Under the pieces are notes generated by a model. That model did not search any database. It was given only the letters and a program-made list of their open reading frames with translations, and was not told the origin of the DNA. This document shows, one piece after another, positions 1 through 11,097 of a stretch of DNA of 64,000 bases. The translations under genes were made by a program, and so were the position numbers. The stretch spans positions 186,001 to 250,000 of the forward strand of contig VRVR01000029.1 in the NCBI GenBank assembly GCA_009859145.1. The letters run 5' to 3'. Positions within the stretch are counted from its first letter, which is position 1; each line of letters begins with the position of its first letter. The DNA comes from Andalucia godoyi And28 (taxonomy: Eukaryota; Protista; Jakobida).

Positions 1-30
1 CATTCTTCCAATTCTCATTCTCGCCAAAGT

Positions 31-720
31 ATGCAGACGAAAAAAAAGAAAAGCGTGTTGTGTCGCAAAGGTTCCGTTCGAGGGGACTTAGAAGAGGAAG
101 CAAAGCCAGAGGAGGAGAAAAGGAAAGAGAAGGGAAGAGAACAGAATGGAAGTGGAGCAATTCATGAGCTGCGTCGACAGCCACAGATCGGGTTTCAGCC
201 GTACAGCTCAGCTCCAATCCCAACCACGACTAGGGTTCATCGGTCTTATTGGTGTCCTCCTATTCCCCCGCTCTCTTTCTCCTTCTCCCACGCAGCCCCA
301 CCGCCACCGCTTCCTTCTTTTGCTCAACATCCTTATACCTCCAATCACTTTCAGTCGGATGTTGGAAGTGGAGTCGGACATCAGCGGGTGGGAGGATGGG
401 ACACGTATGATCTCGTCTGCAGTCGTGTACAAAGTGTGCTCGCGGCCATTGCAATGAACAGAAGACGACCGGTGCCACTGAATGGAATTTCCAGTGGGAG
501 TGCTTTAGGGGACGCGCCCGGAAGTATGTCTGTTGAAGAAGAGCAAGTATTGCGAATGTTTGCGGATGCGTGCCACTATGCTGAACACCGGCGCACTCCG
601 CTTTCACTGCCCTTGCTATTTCATCCTCATGCGTTTCCTCACCCGCATCCGCAATCTCACCACCATTCTTTTCATCCTTTTGTTTATGCACAAAGGCAAC
701 AACACCATCACCATGTGTAG
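31..720 (+). CDS. Hypothetical Pro/His-rich protein
   Basis: 229-codon ATG ORF ending before an A-rich tract; low-complexity Pro/His segments; no recognised domain; start uncertain. Confidence 0.4.
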   Translation: MQTKKKKSVLCRKGSVRGDLEEEAKPEEEKRKEKGREQNGSGAIHELRRQPQIGFQPYSSAPIPTTTRVHRSYWCPPIPPLSFSFSHAAPPPPLPSFAQHPYTSNHFQSDVGSGVGHQRVGGWDTYDLVCSRVQSVLAAIAMNRRRPVPLNGISSGSALGDAPGSMSVEEEQVLRMFADACHYAEHRRTPLSLPLLFHPHAFPHPHPQSHHHSFHPFVYAQRQQHHHHV

Positions 721-1122
721 AATGAATGAATGCACGATGATTCTTCTTATTACTTGTTGTTACTGCTTTGGTGGTAGAATTCTTCCCACAGGAGAAGCAA
801 AAAAAACAAAAAAAAAAAACATTAATTAATGGAGCCAGAATTCTCGGTTTCCAAAACCGCGTCGCAGTCCGAGCTGTCGTTGAGGACTGGAGGGGAGGCA
901 CCTAGGGTACTAGTGGTGCTGGTAATGTTTCCGTTTGACGGGGAGAAGAGCGCGCAATGGCGGAGCGAAACCAAGAAAAAAGAGCCAGGAGCCAGGGCTT
1001 GGTGACACACCGTGAGCACCGCCTTGGATAGCAGGACGCAAACAACTCGACAATGTTTTTGCTCGCATGCAAAGAACCCATGTCCTGGATCCTCCGCCCA
1101 CATCCATAGCGCATCCATCCAT

Positions 1123-1578
1123 TTATCTTTTTATCACAGTTCCTGCTGGAGGAACAGTGCCCATGATTCGCATCTCGCAGTTTGCAAGATGCGGCAGAGA
1201 GCGATGCATGCACGGATCCACGCATTCCCAGATCGTCTGCGCAATCTGCAGAGTATCTCCATGTGCAACCAACACAACCATGCACCCAGAGTACCTGTTC
1301 TGAGCATCCTGCAGCAAGGAGCATAGCCGATCTCGCACCTCATATGGAGTTTCCTGCGAGAAGTGCGATGTGTTTCGCGGATCCGCACTCGCATCGATTT
1401 GCCAAACAAGATCATATCCCTGATTGGACGCTAGTTCCAACACCGGGCCAAAGTACCGTTCTCGCAATCGCACATCTTGCACAACGTCTTGCTCTTGCTT
1501 TCCAAGACGTTTCGCAACAATCGCCGCCGTTTCTCTGTTATTCTCCACTCCAACCCAATACAAAATACACACATTAAT

Positions 1579-1613
<35 letters not shown>

Positions 1614-1960
1614 GCAAGCGCGTTAGACTAGATTTAACGACAGCAGCTCGCAACAACAACAACAAAAAACAAAACAAAACAAAAAAAAGAAACAATTTCG
1701 TTTCCATACACTGCTCGTTTGAACGTGGAGGACAGAATGACTATCTTCTGTCCATTGATCACTCCGTCCTCGTTGACGGCCGTCAACAAGCGCGACAAGT
1801 CCACGGTTTGGGCTTGCAGCTTTCCGGTTTCTGTAAGGCCGTAGCACGGATCTCCATTCACGGGGTCGCTCACAATCACACCCGCAACATTTGCCTCGGA
1901 TTCGCCATGCCGAAGTATCGCAAAGCGCAGATCTGCTTCGCTCATGTCTTTTTTGTCCAT
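1123..1960 (-). CDS. Histidine phosphatase / phosphoglycerate mutase-like protein, 2 exons: complement(join(1123..1534,1710..1960))
   Basis: RHGESEAN catalytic motif, SS-F-RA-ETA, LRERYFG and VAHGD motifs. Intron 1535..1709 (GTATGG...TAACAG) restores KRAVETA; spliced length 663 nt. True ATG at 1960 (the track start is TTG). Confidence 0.9.
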
Positions 1961-2391
1961 CAAATAGGTACATAATGATTAGGAAAATAGATTTAAAAAA
2001 ATAATATCAAACGAGAATAAAAGTAAAAGCAACTACGGTCCCGCGCGATTTTCCCTTTCGTGCAGAGCCTTTGTCGAAAAAAACATCCGACATGATGCTA
2101 GGGGTTGATGCTATTGGAATGCTCACTACAGCCGGTGGCCTCTGACGTGTGGTTATCGGGCGACATCGAGGGTTTTCTTCTCCCCGCCTCTCTGAGTTCT
2201 TTTTTTGGACTTTACAAGTAGAGCTCGTTTTTTGGGTTCCGTCTTCCGAGGTTTGAAATTGCAGAGAAAGCTGTAGTTCTTTGTTTTGCAGTTCTTCTTA
2301 TAATAATATAATAGACGCCGGACGTTGATAGAAAGGGAACACCAAAAAACACCAAGGAAAGCAGGGAAAAACCAAACAGAAAAAAAAGACA

Positions 2392-3735
2392 ATGGGTAAG
2401 GAAAAGCCGCACATCAACATGGTTGTGATCGGCCATGTGGATTCTGGCAAGTCGACTACAACTGGCCATTTGATCTACCAATGCGGCGGAATTGACCATC
2501 GAGTGCTCGCGCAGTTTGAGAAGGAGGCAAATGAAACTGGAAAGGGCTCGTGCAAGTATGCGTGGGTACTGGACAAGCTGAAGGCCGAGCGTGAACGTGG
2601 AATGACAATCGACATCTCACTGTGGAAGTTTGAAACTCGGAAGCTGTTCTACACGATCATTGATGCGCCTGGACATCGTGACTTTATTAAGAACATGATT
2701 ACGGGAGCCTCGCAAGCGGACTGCGCAATGCTGGTTGTTTCTGCCGTGGAAAGCGAGTTCCAGAACGGGATGTCAAAGGATGGTCAGACAAAAGAACACA
2801 TCTTGCTCGCATTTACGCTTGGGATTCGCCAGTTGGTTGTGTGTGTAAACAAGATGGATGATCCAAGCGTGGCGTGGTCAGAGGAAAAATATCTTCACAT
2901 CAAGTCGGAGGTTTCTGCTTGTCTGCAGAGAGTCGGTTACACTTCTCAAAACATTGCGTTTGTGCCGATCTCCGGCTGGAATGGCGACAATTTGCTTGAG
3001 CGATCTGTGAATTCGCCTTGGTGGAAAGGCCCAACGCTGGTTGAGGCATTCGATTCCATGGAGCAACCACGACGGGCTGCAGACAAGCCACTTCGATTGC
3101 CGCTGCAAGATGTGTACAAGATTGGGGGAATCGGCACGGTCCCGGTTGGTCGTGTAGAAACTGGCGTCTTGCGTCCTGGAATGACTGTCTTGTTTGCGCC
3201 AGCGGGAATCACATCGCACGTCAGATCGATTGAAATGCACCACGAGCTTATCTCCGAGGCACTCCCGGGGGATAACGTTGGCTTTAATGTGGAGAACATC
3301 TCGGTCAAAGATGTCCGAAGAGGGTTTGTTGCGTCTGATGCAATGAATGACCCTGCGAAGGAAGCAGTTTCGTTTGTCGCACAGGTTATCATTCTCAATC
3401 ATCCTGGAACAATCTCTGCGGGATACACTCCCGTCGTGGACTGCCACACTGCACACATTGCGTGTGCCTTTCAGAGGCTTGTCGCACGAATCGAAAGAAA
3501 ATCAGGCAAGGAAATCGAGGCAAATCCAAAGACCCTGCGTGCTGGCGATGCTGCAATTGTCGAGATGGTACCACAGAAGCCCCTGTGCGTAGAGACCTTT
3601 AGTGACTATCCTCCTCTCGGGCGATTCGCGGTTCGAGACATCAGACAGACTGTTGCCGTCGGTGTCGTCAAGAGTGTTCAAAAGATTGATTACGTCTCGC
3701 CTGAAGAGAACACCAAGAGGCTCTTTGGATACTGA
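2392..3735 (+). CDS. EEF1A: Translation elongation factor 1-alpha, divergent paralog
   Basis: [56 protein letters not shown]; intronless; no opisthokont insertion. Confidence 0.95.
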   Translation: MGKEKPHINMVVIGHVDSGKSTTTGHLIYQCGGIDHRVLAQFEKEANETGKGSCKYAWVLDKLKAERERGMTIDISLWKFETRKLFYTIIDAPGHRDFIKNMITGASQADCAMLVVSAVESEFQNGMSKDGQTKEHILLAFTLGIRQLVVCVNKMDDPSVAWSEEKYLHIKSEVSACLQRVGYTSQNIAFVPISGWNGDNLLERSVNSPWWKGPTLVEAFDSMEQPRRAADKPLRLPLQDVYKIGGIGTVPVGRVETGVLRPGMTVLFAPAGITSHVRSIEMHHELISEALPGDNVGFNVENISVKDVRRGFVASDAMNDPAKEAVSFVAQVIILNHPGTISAGYTPVVDCHTAHIACAFQRLVARIERKSGKEIEANPKTLRAGDAAIVEMVPQKPLCVETFSDYPPLGRFAVRDIRQTVAVGVVKSVQKIDYVSPEENTKRLFGY

Positions 3736-3819
3736 TCGAAGGGATGAGAAAAGAGACGGCTTTTTCCAGAACCAGTCGGTCTCCCGGAGCATTTATTACT
3801 GTAATTACTGCTGTTATCA

Positions 3820-4374
3820 TCACATCTTCTGCATCTTGTTTGCCTGGAGAATTTCAATCCAGTAACCATCCGGATCCTGGATAAACGCAAGGCCCTTCAT
3901 CTTTCCGTCGTCTGGACGCTTCACGAACTTCACACCCAGCTTTTCGAATCGTTCACAAGCCGCATACACGTCCGGCACTGAGAATCCAATATGGCCAAAT
4001 CCACGCGGATCCGAGTTTCCGTTGTGATACCCCTTGAACTCAGGATCAGACTCAGTACCCCAATTGTGGGTGAGCTCCAGCAGTGCAGATCGTTCAAAGG
4101 CCCAAGTTGTGCGGTTCCGCACATTTTCATCATCGGTGCCTTGCGGACAGGTGGCCGCTTCGGAGGATGAGATCATTCCAAGAAAATAAAGACTGAACTT
4201 CATCTCGGGAAAATCAAGCTTTCGAACCAGTCGCATGCCAAGGACTCCCGAGTAAAAGGCGAGAGACGGCTCGGGATCCTTGACACGGATCATCGTCTGA
4301 TTAAACACATACTTTTGTGTTTCACTGTCCGGAGCCTCGCACAGTCCTGGGGCTGATTCAAAATGAAAAGACAT
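3820..4374 (-). CDS. GLO1: Lactoylglutathione lyase (glyoxalase I), Zn-type
   Basis: [43 protein letters not shown] motifs; ends TGA TGA TAA. Confidence 0.95.
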   Translation of the reverse strand: MSFHFESAPGLCEAPDSETQKYVFNQTMIRVKDPEPSLAFYSGVLGMRLVRKLDFPEMKFSLYFLGMISSSEAATCPQGTDDENVRNRTTWAFERSALLELTHNWGTESDPEFKGYHNGNSDPRGFGHIGFSVPDVYAACERFEKLGVKFVKRPDDGKMKGLAFIQDPDGYWIEILQANKMQKM

Positions 4375-4802
4375 CGGCTCCGTTCTGCGCGATGAAATCT
4401 AATCCAAAGATTCCAAATAGTAGTATTAATAACAACACAAAGGAACAAAAGACTGATAAGCGGAGCTTCTTTTGCAACGCGAACGAGGTAGTATGCTGCG
4501 TGCAGAGAGGGTTGAAGGGATTTGCACGACTCGGGAGTGAGCTCTACGAGAGAGAAGCAAAGGTTGCACAACAGACCCCGTATACAAAAAGGCACCTGTA
4601 AATAATTGCAAGAACTCGAGATTGCGGAAGAATGCTCCATTACTTCGAGTTGTAGTAACTGTCCACTTACTTTTTTGTATGCACGAAGGAGAGTTGGGCA
4701 GAAGAACCGACAAAACAAAGAAGTGCGCTTTCTTTTTCTACAGTGTCGCGAGAATCTTCTGGTTTTGTTGCTTTCTTCTTCTTGCACTTTCTTACAATCA
4801 AT

Positions 4803-5078
4803 ATGGGGATCAAGAGAACGATAGCAACGTACGCCTTTGAAAGGTACAAGGAGCATCGAGACTATGTCGTTCAGAGAGGCATGGAGACTCCAGGGATACA
4901 AGACAAGGTGCTAGAAATTGTAGAAGACGTCTTTGAAACCATCGAAGCGGTTCAGGAAATTACAAAGGAAGTGTTCCTGTCGAACGCTGACCGGCTGCTT
5001 GGAAGCAAACTTGGACACACCATCGCTCGTGGAGTTGGGAGATCCGCTTTTGAAGTTGTAAACCAAGTCGTGTTTTGA
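4803..5078 (+). CDS. Small hypothetical protein (~91 aa)
   Basis: ATG at 4803; helical, protein-like composition (MGIKRTIATYAFERYKEHRD...); no recognised family. Confidence 0.5.
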   Translation: MGIKRTIATYAFERYKEHRDYVVQRGMETPGIQDKVLEIVEDVFETIEAVQEITKEVFLSNADRLLGSKLGHTIARGVGRSAFEVVNQVVF

Positions 5079-6117
5079 TGCTGCGCTCGGCCCATTCGCA
5101 GCTCCATACTGACCCGTCCTCCTTCCACAGAGGTCAGTTGCTCCGTCAATCTATCAGCACTAGAAAAAGAAAAGAAAAGGAAAAGACAAGTAAAATGTAA
5201 AACAGGGTCTACGAAACTCCCACTGCGTCGTGGCTTGTGAATACGCCGTGCTCTTTGTGCAGTAGCTAGTCATGCGTCTCTCGTTGGAAGAACAAACAAA
5301 CAGAAAGACATCATGGAGAGCATATATTCAGTCTTGCATTGGAACCGAATGTTAATTTAATTCAGAATGGGGTAAAAAGGCCCCAGCATGCCGAAGTGTT
5401 CTTCCAACAGACAATACGCGCACCATTCCAGTCTCGTCCTAGACGTGCCGGTTGCCGGACAGGGCGAGGGACATCGGAATGATGATGATGGATCAACATG
5501 AAATGCAAAATGGCATAGTCTGGAATATCTTCGGATGAGCAGGGTTAAGGATGGGAAATAAGGATAACAAGGAAGATGTGGAGCATCTGAATATTATTAA
5601 ACTTTGGTGATGCCGAAGCCGGTAGTCGTACGCCTTTCCGCCAGTTGCTGTCGACTCCGGATCAATCTGACAGGCCTGCGCACTTGGCTCTTACGTTCGG
5701 CGACGATCCGGGGGGGCAGATCGAAGCGGAAGGGCTGTCCTCCATCTGGCGCTGTCGCGAGACAACAGCCTCTCGATCTTTGTTGAAGACCACGACGTCA
5801 CCGGTGTGTCGTCTTCTGCATCTTCGAATCCGTGGAGGCTGTCCAGTTCGCCAGCCCATTCTCGGACTTCAAAGCCGACCCTTTCTCATCACGACGGCAG
5901 TTCTGGTGAGAGTTTAAAAAAATCTTCCAGCAGCCGTACACCGAGAACGCGACTCTTTTTTTTTGCGATTGCTGCTGTTGGTTCATGTTCACCTCTTTGC
6001 TTCCAACTGCGGATTCAGTTTGTTCGTTCGTGCGTTCGTGTACGAGTCTGTGTGTGTGTGTGTGTGCATGCGCATATATATAACATCATAGATAGCATCA
6101 TAGATTGACACTAGAAG

Positions 6118-7743
6118 ATGATCCGAGTAATTCGTCGATGTTTCTCAACGATTCCAAAACCCGCAATTCCACCAATCCCGCTTCCGAGTCTTAGTTCGCC
6201 ATTTGTCGTTTCGGCAGCTTTGAATTCCACCCATCAACAGCAGCAACAGCATCAACAACAGCAGCAGCACGTGAGTATCCAAGCGAATGGGAATTCGACG
6301 TTTTTGAGCAATCGACTGGGGGTGTTTCCGCAGCCGAGTTCGAATCTTTCGTCAATTCTGAAAGTGTATTCAGTAAGCTCTCGACCAAACTTTTCGATGC
6401 CGTGGCAAAACCGGCCTTATGCTGAGTCTTCAGGGTCGGCGTTTGTAATTTCGGATCGTCGAATTCTGACCAATGCGCACGTTGTTGCAGATCATACATA
6501 CGTAATGGTTCGGAAACACGGAGATCCGAACAAGTACCCCGCAAAGGTGGTAAAGACGAGTCATCAGGCAGATTTGGCAATGCTGGCGGTTGACTCCGAA
6601 CTGTTCTGGAGGGATTTGCATCCTCTTACGCTGGGCGGAATTCCGGAAATGCGGGAGCGAGTGGAGGTTATTGGGTATCCAACGGGAGGAGACAACATCT
6701 CCATTACGCAAGGCTGCGTTTCGCGGATTGAACCACAAGAGTACGTTCATTCCGCGTACTCGATACTTGCGATTCAGATCGATGCAGCGATCAATCCAGG
6801 CAATTCGGGAGGGCCTTGCTTGGATCGAAAAGGACAAGTTGTGGGTGTTGCGTTTCAGAACATGCCAGATGCAGAGAATTTAGGATTTGTGATTCCCACG
6901 CCTGTTGTGAATCACTTCCTCACCGATGAAACCGGAAAGGGATTTGTGAGCCTGGGATTGCGATGTCAAGCCCTTGAAAACGCCGGGCTCCGAAAGTACT
7001 ATGGACTGCAAGAAGACCAGACCGGTGTGTTGGTCAACTCGGTGCTTCCGCTCAGTGCAGCAAGTTCATTGCTGTTGAAAGACGATGTGCTTCTGGCAAT
7101 TGATGGAAGGCCCATTGCGAACGATGGATCTATCTTGTTTCGCGAGGGATTTCACAAGGAACGAATATCTTTTGACTACATTCTCAGTACAAAATATTCT
7201 GGAGAAACGGTCGTGTTCATGGTATTGCGGCAAGGGTCTGGGATTCATTCCGTCGAAGTTCCACTGCGGCCTCTTGACAATCTTGTCCCTCCATACTGCT
7301 ATGATTCGCAGCCGTCCTATCTTGTGTTCAGCGGGTTCGTGTTTCTGGATCTTGTCCAGCCGTACCTCCACGAATTCGGTGACAATTGGCAAATGAATGC
7401 TCCTCGGAAGCTTGTGGATCAAGCGCTGTTTGGTGTGCAGACCTTTGCTCATGAGCGCATAGTCATCTTGTCATCCGTGCTTGTAGATCCTATCAACGCA
7501 GGCGTGCAGGCATACACGGATTTGCAGGTGAAGGCCTTCAATGGAGTACGTGTACAGAACCTCACGCATCTTGCGTCTCTCATCGACACCTGCATCGCCG
7601 AATACATGCGGTTTGACTTGGAGGAAAATAGGGTCTTGGTGCTGCCAACCGTTGCTGCACGCGAAGCACACAAGCGAATTCTCGATCGTCATCGGATCTC
7701 CTATGACCGCTCAAAAGACCTGATGACGTCTACTCACGTATAG
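6118..7743 (+). CDS. Deg/HtrA serine protease (plant Deg2/9/10-like), probably mitochondrial
   Basis: Triad motifs LTNAHVV, ADLAML and GNSGGP; PDZ-like C-terminal half; Arg-rich, acid-free N-terminus MIRVIRRCFS resembling a presequence. Confidence 0.93.
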   Translation: MIRVIRRCFSTIPKPAIPPIPLPSLSSPFVVSAALNSTHQQQQQHQQQQQHVSIQANGNSTFLSNRLGVFPQPSSNLSSILKVYSVSSRPNFSMPWQNRPYAESSGSAFVISDRRILTNAHVVADHTYVMVRKHGDPNKYPAKVVKTSHQADLAMLAVDSELFWRDLHPLTLGGIPEMRERVEVIGYPTGGDNISITQGCVSRIEPQEYVHSAYSILAIQIDAAINPGNSGGPCLDRKGQVVGVAFQNMPDAENLGFVIPTPVVNHFLTDETGKGFVSLGLRCQALENAGLRKYYGLQEDQTGVLVNSVLPLSAASSLLLKDDVLLAIDGRPIANDGSILFREGFHKERISFDYILSTKYSGETVVFMVLRQGSGIHSVEVPLRPLDNLVPPYCYDSQPSYLVFSGFVFLDLVQPYLHEFGDNWQMNAPRKLVDQALFGVQTFAHERIVILSSVLVDPINAGVQAYTDLQVKAFNGVRVQNLTHLASLIDTCIAEYMRFDLEENRVLVLPTVAAREAHKRILDRHRISYDRSKDLMTSTHV

Positions 7744-8037
7744 CATCTTCGGGTGCGTCTATGATTTAGAAACCCCTGTAAAAGGAAAAAAAAGTTTCGC
7801 GGTCGGTGCTTGTCGACGACTCTCATAATTGAAACGTTCGAGAGCGCCAAAAGTAAAAACAAAACAAAACACCCCGACTTTCCCCCGACAGCGTCCGACG
7901 TTCCCAAAGGAAAAAAAAACATGGAATAACATGAAGCATCCTCATAAATTAGGTGGTTTTTTTGATTGTATATTTTCTTCTTCTGTAAAAAGAGGCGCAC
8001 ACTCGAGGGGTGAGAAACACGGCCAAAAAAGGAAAAG

Positions 8038-8054
<17 letters not shown>

Positions 8055-8084
<30 letters not shown>
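8055..8084 (+). repeat. (GA)15 microsatellite upstream of the 8140 gene
   Basis: Direct reading of the sequence. Confidence 0.95.
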
Positions 8085-8088
<4 letters not shown>

Positions 8089-8139
8089 GACGCTCAGTGA
8101 GGTACAAATTAAAAGAGTTGGAAGTGGATTTTCAAAAAG

Positions 8140-9708
8140 ATGGTGCTGGAGAAAGATGAAGTACAGCGGGCGTTGCGGACGTTCATGGCCTCGTTCCTCC
8201 CGTTGCTGCTTGGCTTTTCTGTGTTTGCAATTTGGGTTGGGTTGGGTTCTTACGTCACTCCGTGCATATTTGGCATCGCAACATCTCTTGCTCTCTACGA
8301 GCCTTATGAACTGACGCTTTCGTGTCTGCGGTGGTTTGACCGAAAGTGCGCAACTGGCTTTGAAGCATCTGGTCTGGACCTCTTTTCTTTCTGCACTTTG
8401 GCCACAGTGGTTCTGTCGATTGCGGTCTACTGGCTCACAGCCCTCTTTTCCTTTCCAGCTGCTCTTGGCATTGTATCGATTTCGACTCTTTCTCTGTTTT
8501 ACATGTGGCAAGTCGACCGTCCTTTCATTGCTGCGGTCATCGTCGTCATGTTTTTCGCGCTGATCTTAGCGGGAATCGCCGTGGCCCTAGGATTCGTGGT
8601 CTATGGAGAGATTGTGGTATTCAAGGACTTTATTACGGACAAGGTCAGCACAAACGATGTCCAAAGGTTTTTGAAGGATCCGCGGAGATCACCAATTGTC
8701 GATTCGGCACTGGTGTTTGTTGAGCGAACACTGAATGTCACATCCGTGGAGGTTTTGGTTGTTTTGGAGGAGTACAAAAAGTCTTTTGGGAATGTGCTGG
8801 TTGCAAAGTCTGATGTCATCGTCCAGAAAGGAATGACGGTTGCGTTGGACTTGTACGATTTGACGTTCTCACTGTTCTTGTTCCTGCCGACGCTGCATCT
8901 TTCCTTGCAGTACAAGGACAAGGTCATTGAAGTGCTGTACACTCTGTCGCCGCTCACCAGGTCAGACACCACCGATCTGATGAACTATGTCCAAAATTCT
9001 CTTGCGCAGATGTTCTTGGTGTATTTTATGCTCGGATTTTCTCACGGAATAGCGACATTCCTGACTTTCCGATTTGGCGGTCTCCACCATGTGTACATTC
9101 TGTCGATCATTGCGGGAGTCCTGGCGACAATCCCGGTGTTTTCGTCTTGGATCATCTGGGCTCCTGCTTGCTTTTACCTGTTTTTGGAGTCGCAGTACGT
9201 TTCAGCAGTGGTAATGCTTGTTGTCCAAGTCATTGTAATGTCTTGGCTGGATAATTACTTGTACGGAACCATGGGAGGCCTGCCATTCCTGCTGTCGATC
9301 TCCATCTACCTGTCTCTCTGGGCTTGGGGATTGGTAGGTATCATTGTCGGACCACTCGTATTGACTTTACTCCCGTTCCTATACGATCGCATCGATGCGT
9401 ACATGAATTTGCCAAAGAAGAAGCAGCCACCCCACGTTCATTTTGTCTCTTCAGGGCGCCTCTTCTCGACTGCTGGTTCGCCAACTCAACACGGGGAGGA
9501 TATGTCGACCGAGAATGAGCATTTCATCCACGAAGTGCACGCGCACCAGGGCGCTCGATCTCCCGAAGAACCGCTGCGTACACCGCTGCGTTCAAGTCTG
9601 CGTGCCGTCATCAAGTCCCCTCCAGAAAAGCATCGATACAATACACGAACAAAGTCTCCGGCCAAAAGATCGTTCTCCAACACGGTCCCGAAGTCTTACG
9701 TTCTTTGA
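8140..9708 (+). CDS. AI-2E family / TMEM245-like multi-pass membrane protein
   Basis: Many hydrophobic helices; AI-2E-type segments (AGVLATIPVFSSWIIWAP, DNYLY, GLVGIIVGPLVL); disordered C-tail. Confidence 0.8.
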   Translation: MVLEKDEVQRALRTFMASFLPLLLGFSVFAIWVGLGSYVTPCIFGIATSLALYEPYELTLSCLRWFDRKCATGFEASGLDLFSFCTLATVVLSIAVYWLTALFSFPAALGIVSISTLSLFYMWQVDRPFIAAVIVVMFFALILAGIAVALGFVVYGEIVVFKDFITDKVSTNDVQRFLKDPRRSPIVDSALVFVERTLNVTSVEVLVVLEEYKKSFGNVLVAKSDVIVQKGMTVALDLYDLTFSLFLFLPTLHLSLQYKDKVIEVLYTLSPLTRSDTTDLMNYVQNSLAQMFLVYFMLGFSHGIATFLTFRFGGLHHVYILSIIAGVLATIPVFSSWIIWAPACFYLFLESQYVSAVVMLVVQVIVMSWLDNYLYGTMGGLPFLLSISIYLSLWAWGLVGIIVGPLVLTLLPFLYDRIDAYMNLPKKKQPPHVHFVSSGRLFSTAGSPTQHGEDMSTENEHFIHEVHAHQGARSPEEPLRTPLRSSLRAVIKSPPEKHRYNTRTKSPAKRSFSNTVPKSYVL

Positions 9709-9773
9709 CCGGGAAGATGGAGTACATCCGACTTGCAGTGAATGAATGATAATGAACAAGAATTTCATTCACT

Positions 9774-9804
<31 letters not shown>

Positions 9805-9854
9805 ACATGATCAAAGCAACATAACAACCGCAACAAACAGCAGAAATTTATTCA

Positions 9855-10076
9855 TTACTCAACCGAGCTTTGGGACGACTCGGGGACGTTCTCCATGGCG
9901 CCGTAAGAATCGAGCGGTACATCCGAATTGCGGCCAACAGGATAGTCATTTCTGGCCGACTCATCATCAAGAATAGGCAAGTACTTTTCCTCACTAGCTA
10001 TTGGTTGCCCGTCGATATCATAAGCTGCGTGCTTCGGATTTACTCCATCAAGCAGACTGTCATTCGCAGGATTCAT
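9855..10076 (-). CDS. Small acidic hypothetical protein (73 aa)
   Basis: ATG ORF preceded by a purine-rich leader; protein-like composition; no family recognised. Confidence 0.4.
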   Translation of the reverse strand: MNPANDSLLDGVNPKHAAYDIDGQPIASEEKYLPILDDESARNDYPVGRNSDVPLDSYGAMENVPESSQSSVE

Positions 10077-10896
10077 TCTTCTTTGTCGTTTTCTTGTTCT
10101 TCTTTGTGCTCCTGTACTGAAACAGCTGTCTTCATAAATGAGCCAAGGAAAAAAAGAAAAAAAAAAAGAAGAAGAAGAAGAGAAGAGTTTGTGCGCTCCA
10201 GGAAACCATCAGGAAGCAAACAAGAAGAGCAAAACCATCCGGGAGGGCCCTTCAATGGAAGTCGCCTCCCACCTGTTCTACTCGTACTTTGTGGTCCTGC
10301 GTTTTCCTGCCTCGGAGAGCGCGGGGAAGTCTACAGAAGACACTGCTTCGCCACGGAACATCCCAACATAGTTTCCGTGCGATAGACTCTTCGCCGCTCG
10401 CCAAAGCATGAATCACTACTGATCATCGGCTAAGCTGTCACCGAAGACAGATCTAATTTGGGGCGAGCACCAACGCTACATCAAAGGGTCATCGCAACCA
10501 AACATATTCCCCAATCGATTCAACATTCAATAAATGAACGTTGAAGGAAACAAAAATGTGGTCGGTGGCGCTGCACATTGCTGCTCCTTCTTGTTCTTTG
10601 GCTAGATAAAGCGTATTCCGAACTCAATCGATCACATCTTTGTGGTTTGATGGTCACCCGTTTGCTCAGCCAGAAACGGAAAGAATAGGAAGAAAGGAAA
10701 AAAGCGATGAATGAAGAAATTCCAGACTTGACTACGGTAGAAAATCGTATTGTTCGATGTTTATCGTTTTGATAGATACGCAAAGCTGTCATCCTTTCGT
10801 TGTCGGAAACCTCTTCCGCTTTCCTCAAATCCGAATTGGTAGTTGTTGTGCACCACCAAAGATAATAATAAGGTACTCCAAAACACGCACACACAT

Positions 10897-10928
<32 letters not shown>

Positions 10929-11097
10929 CAAAGAGAGAGAGATAGAGAGAGAGAGGTAGAAAGATAGAGCACTGTTATTCGCGAGAAATCGTGCCCCTTT
11001 TCGGTTGTTGTTGTTGTTGTTGTTGTTGTTTTCTTTAAAATCAGCATACATATACAGGTACAGGCGGAGGTGTAAAGAGGAAAGGAACATTCGGACG

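Noticed and set aside
2392-3735. Identity as EFL, HBS1 or eRF3
   Set aside because: There is no N-terminal extension and no EFL-type insertions; the MGKEK.HIN start and domain II/III motifs are EF-1alpha
5368-5385. U5 snRNA loop I-like hairpin (minus strand TGGGGCCTTTTTACCCCA)
   Set aside because: Five T rather than four, a short stem only, and no Sm site or second stem downstream
5479-5590. C/D box snoRNA (ATGATGA ... CTGA)
   Set aside because: No terminal stem and no recognisable rRNA guide; the C box is part of an (ATG)n run
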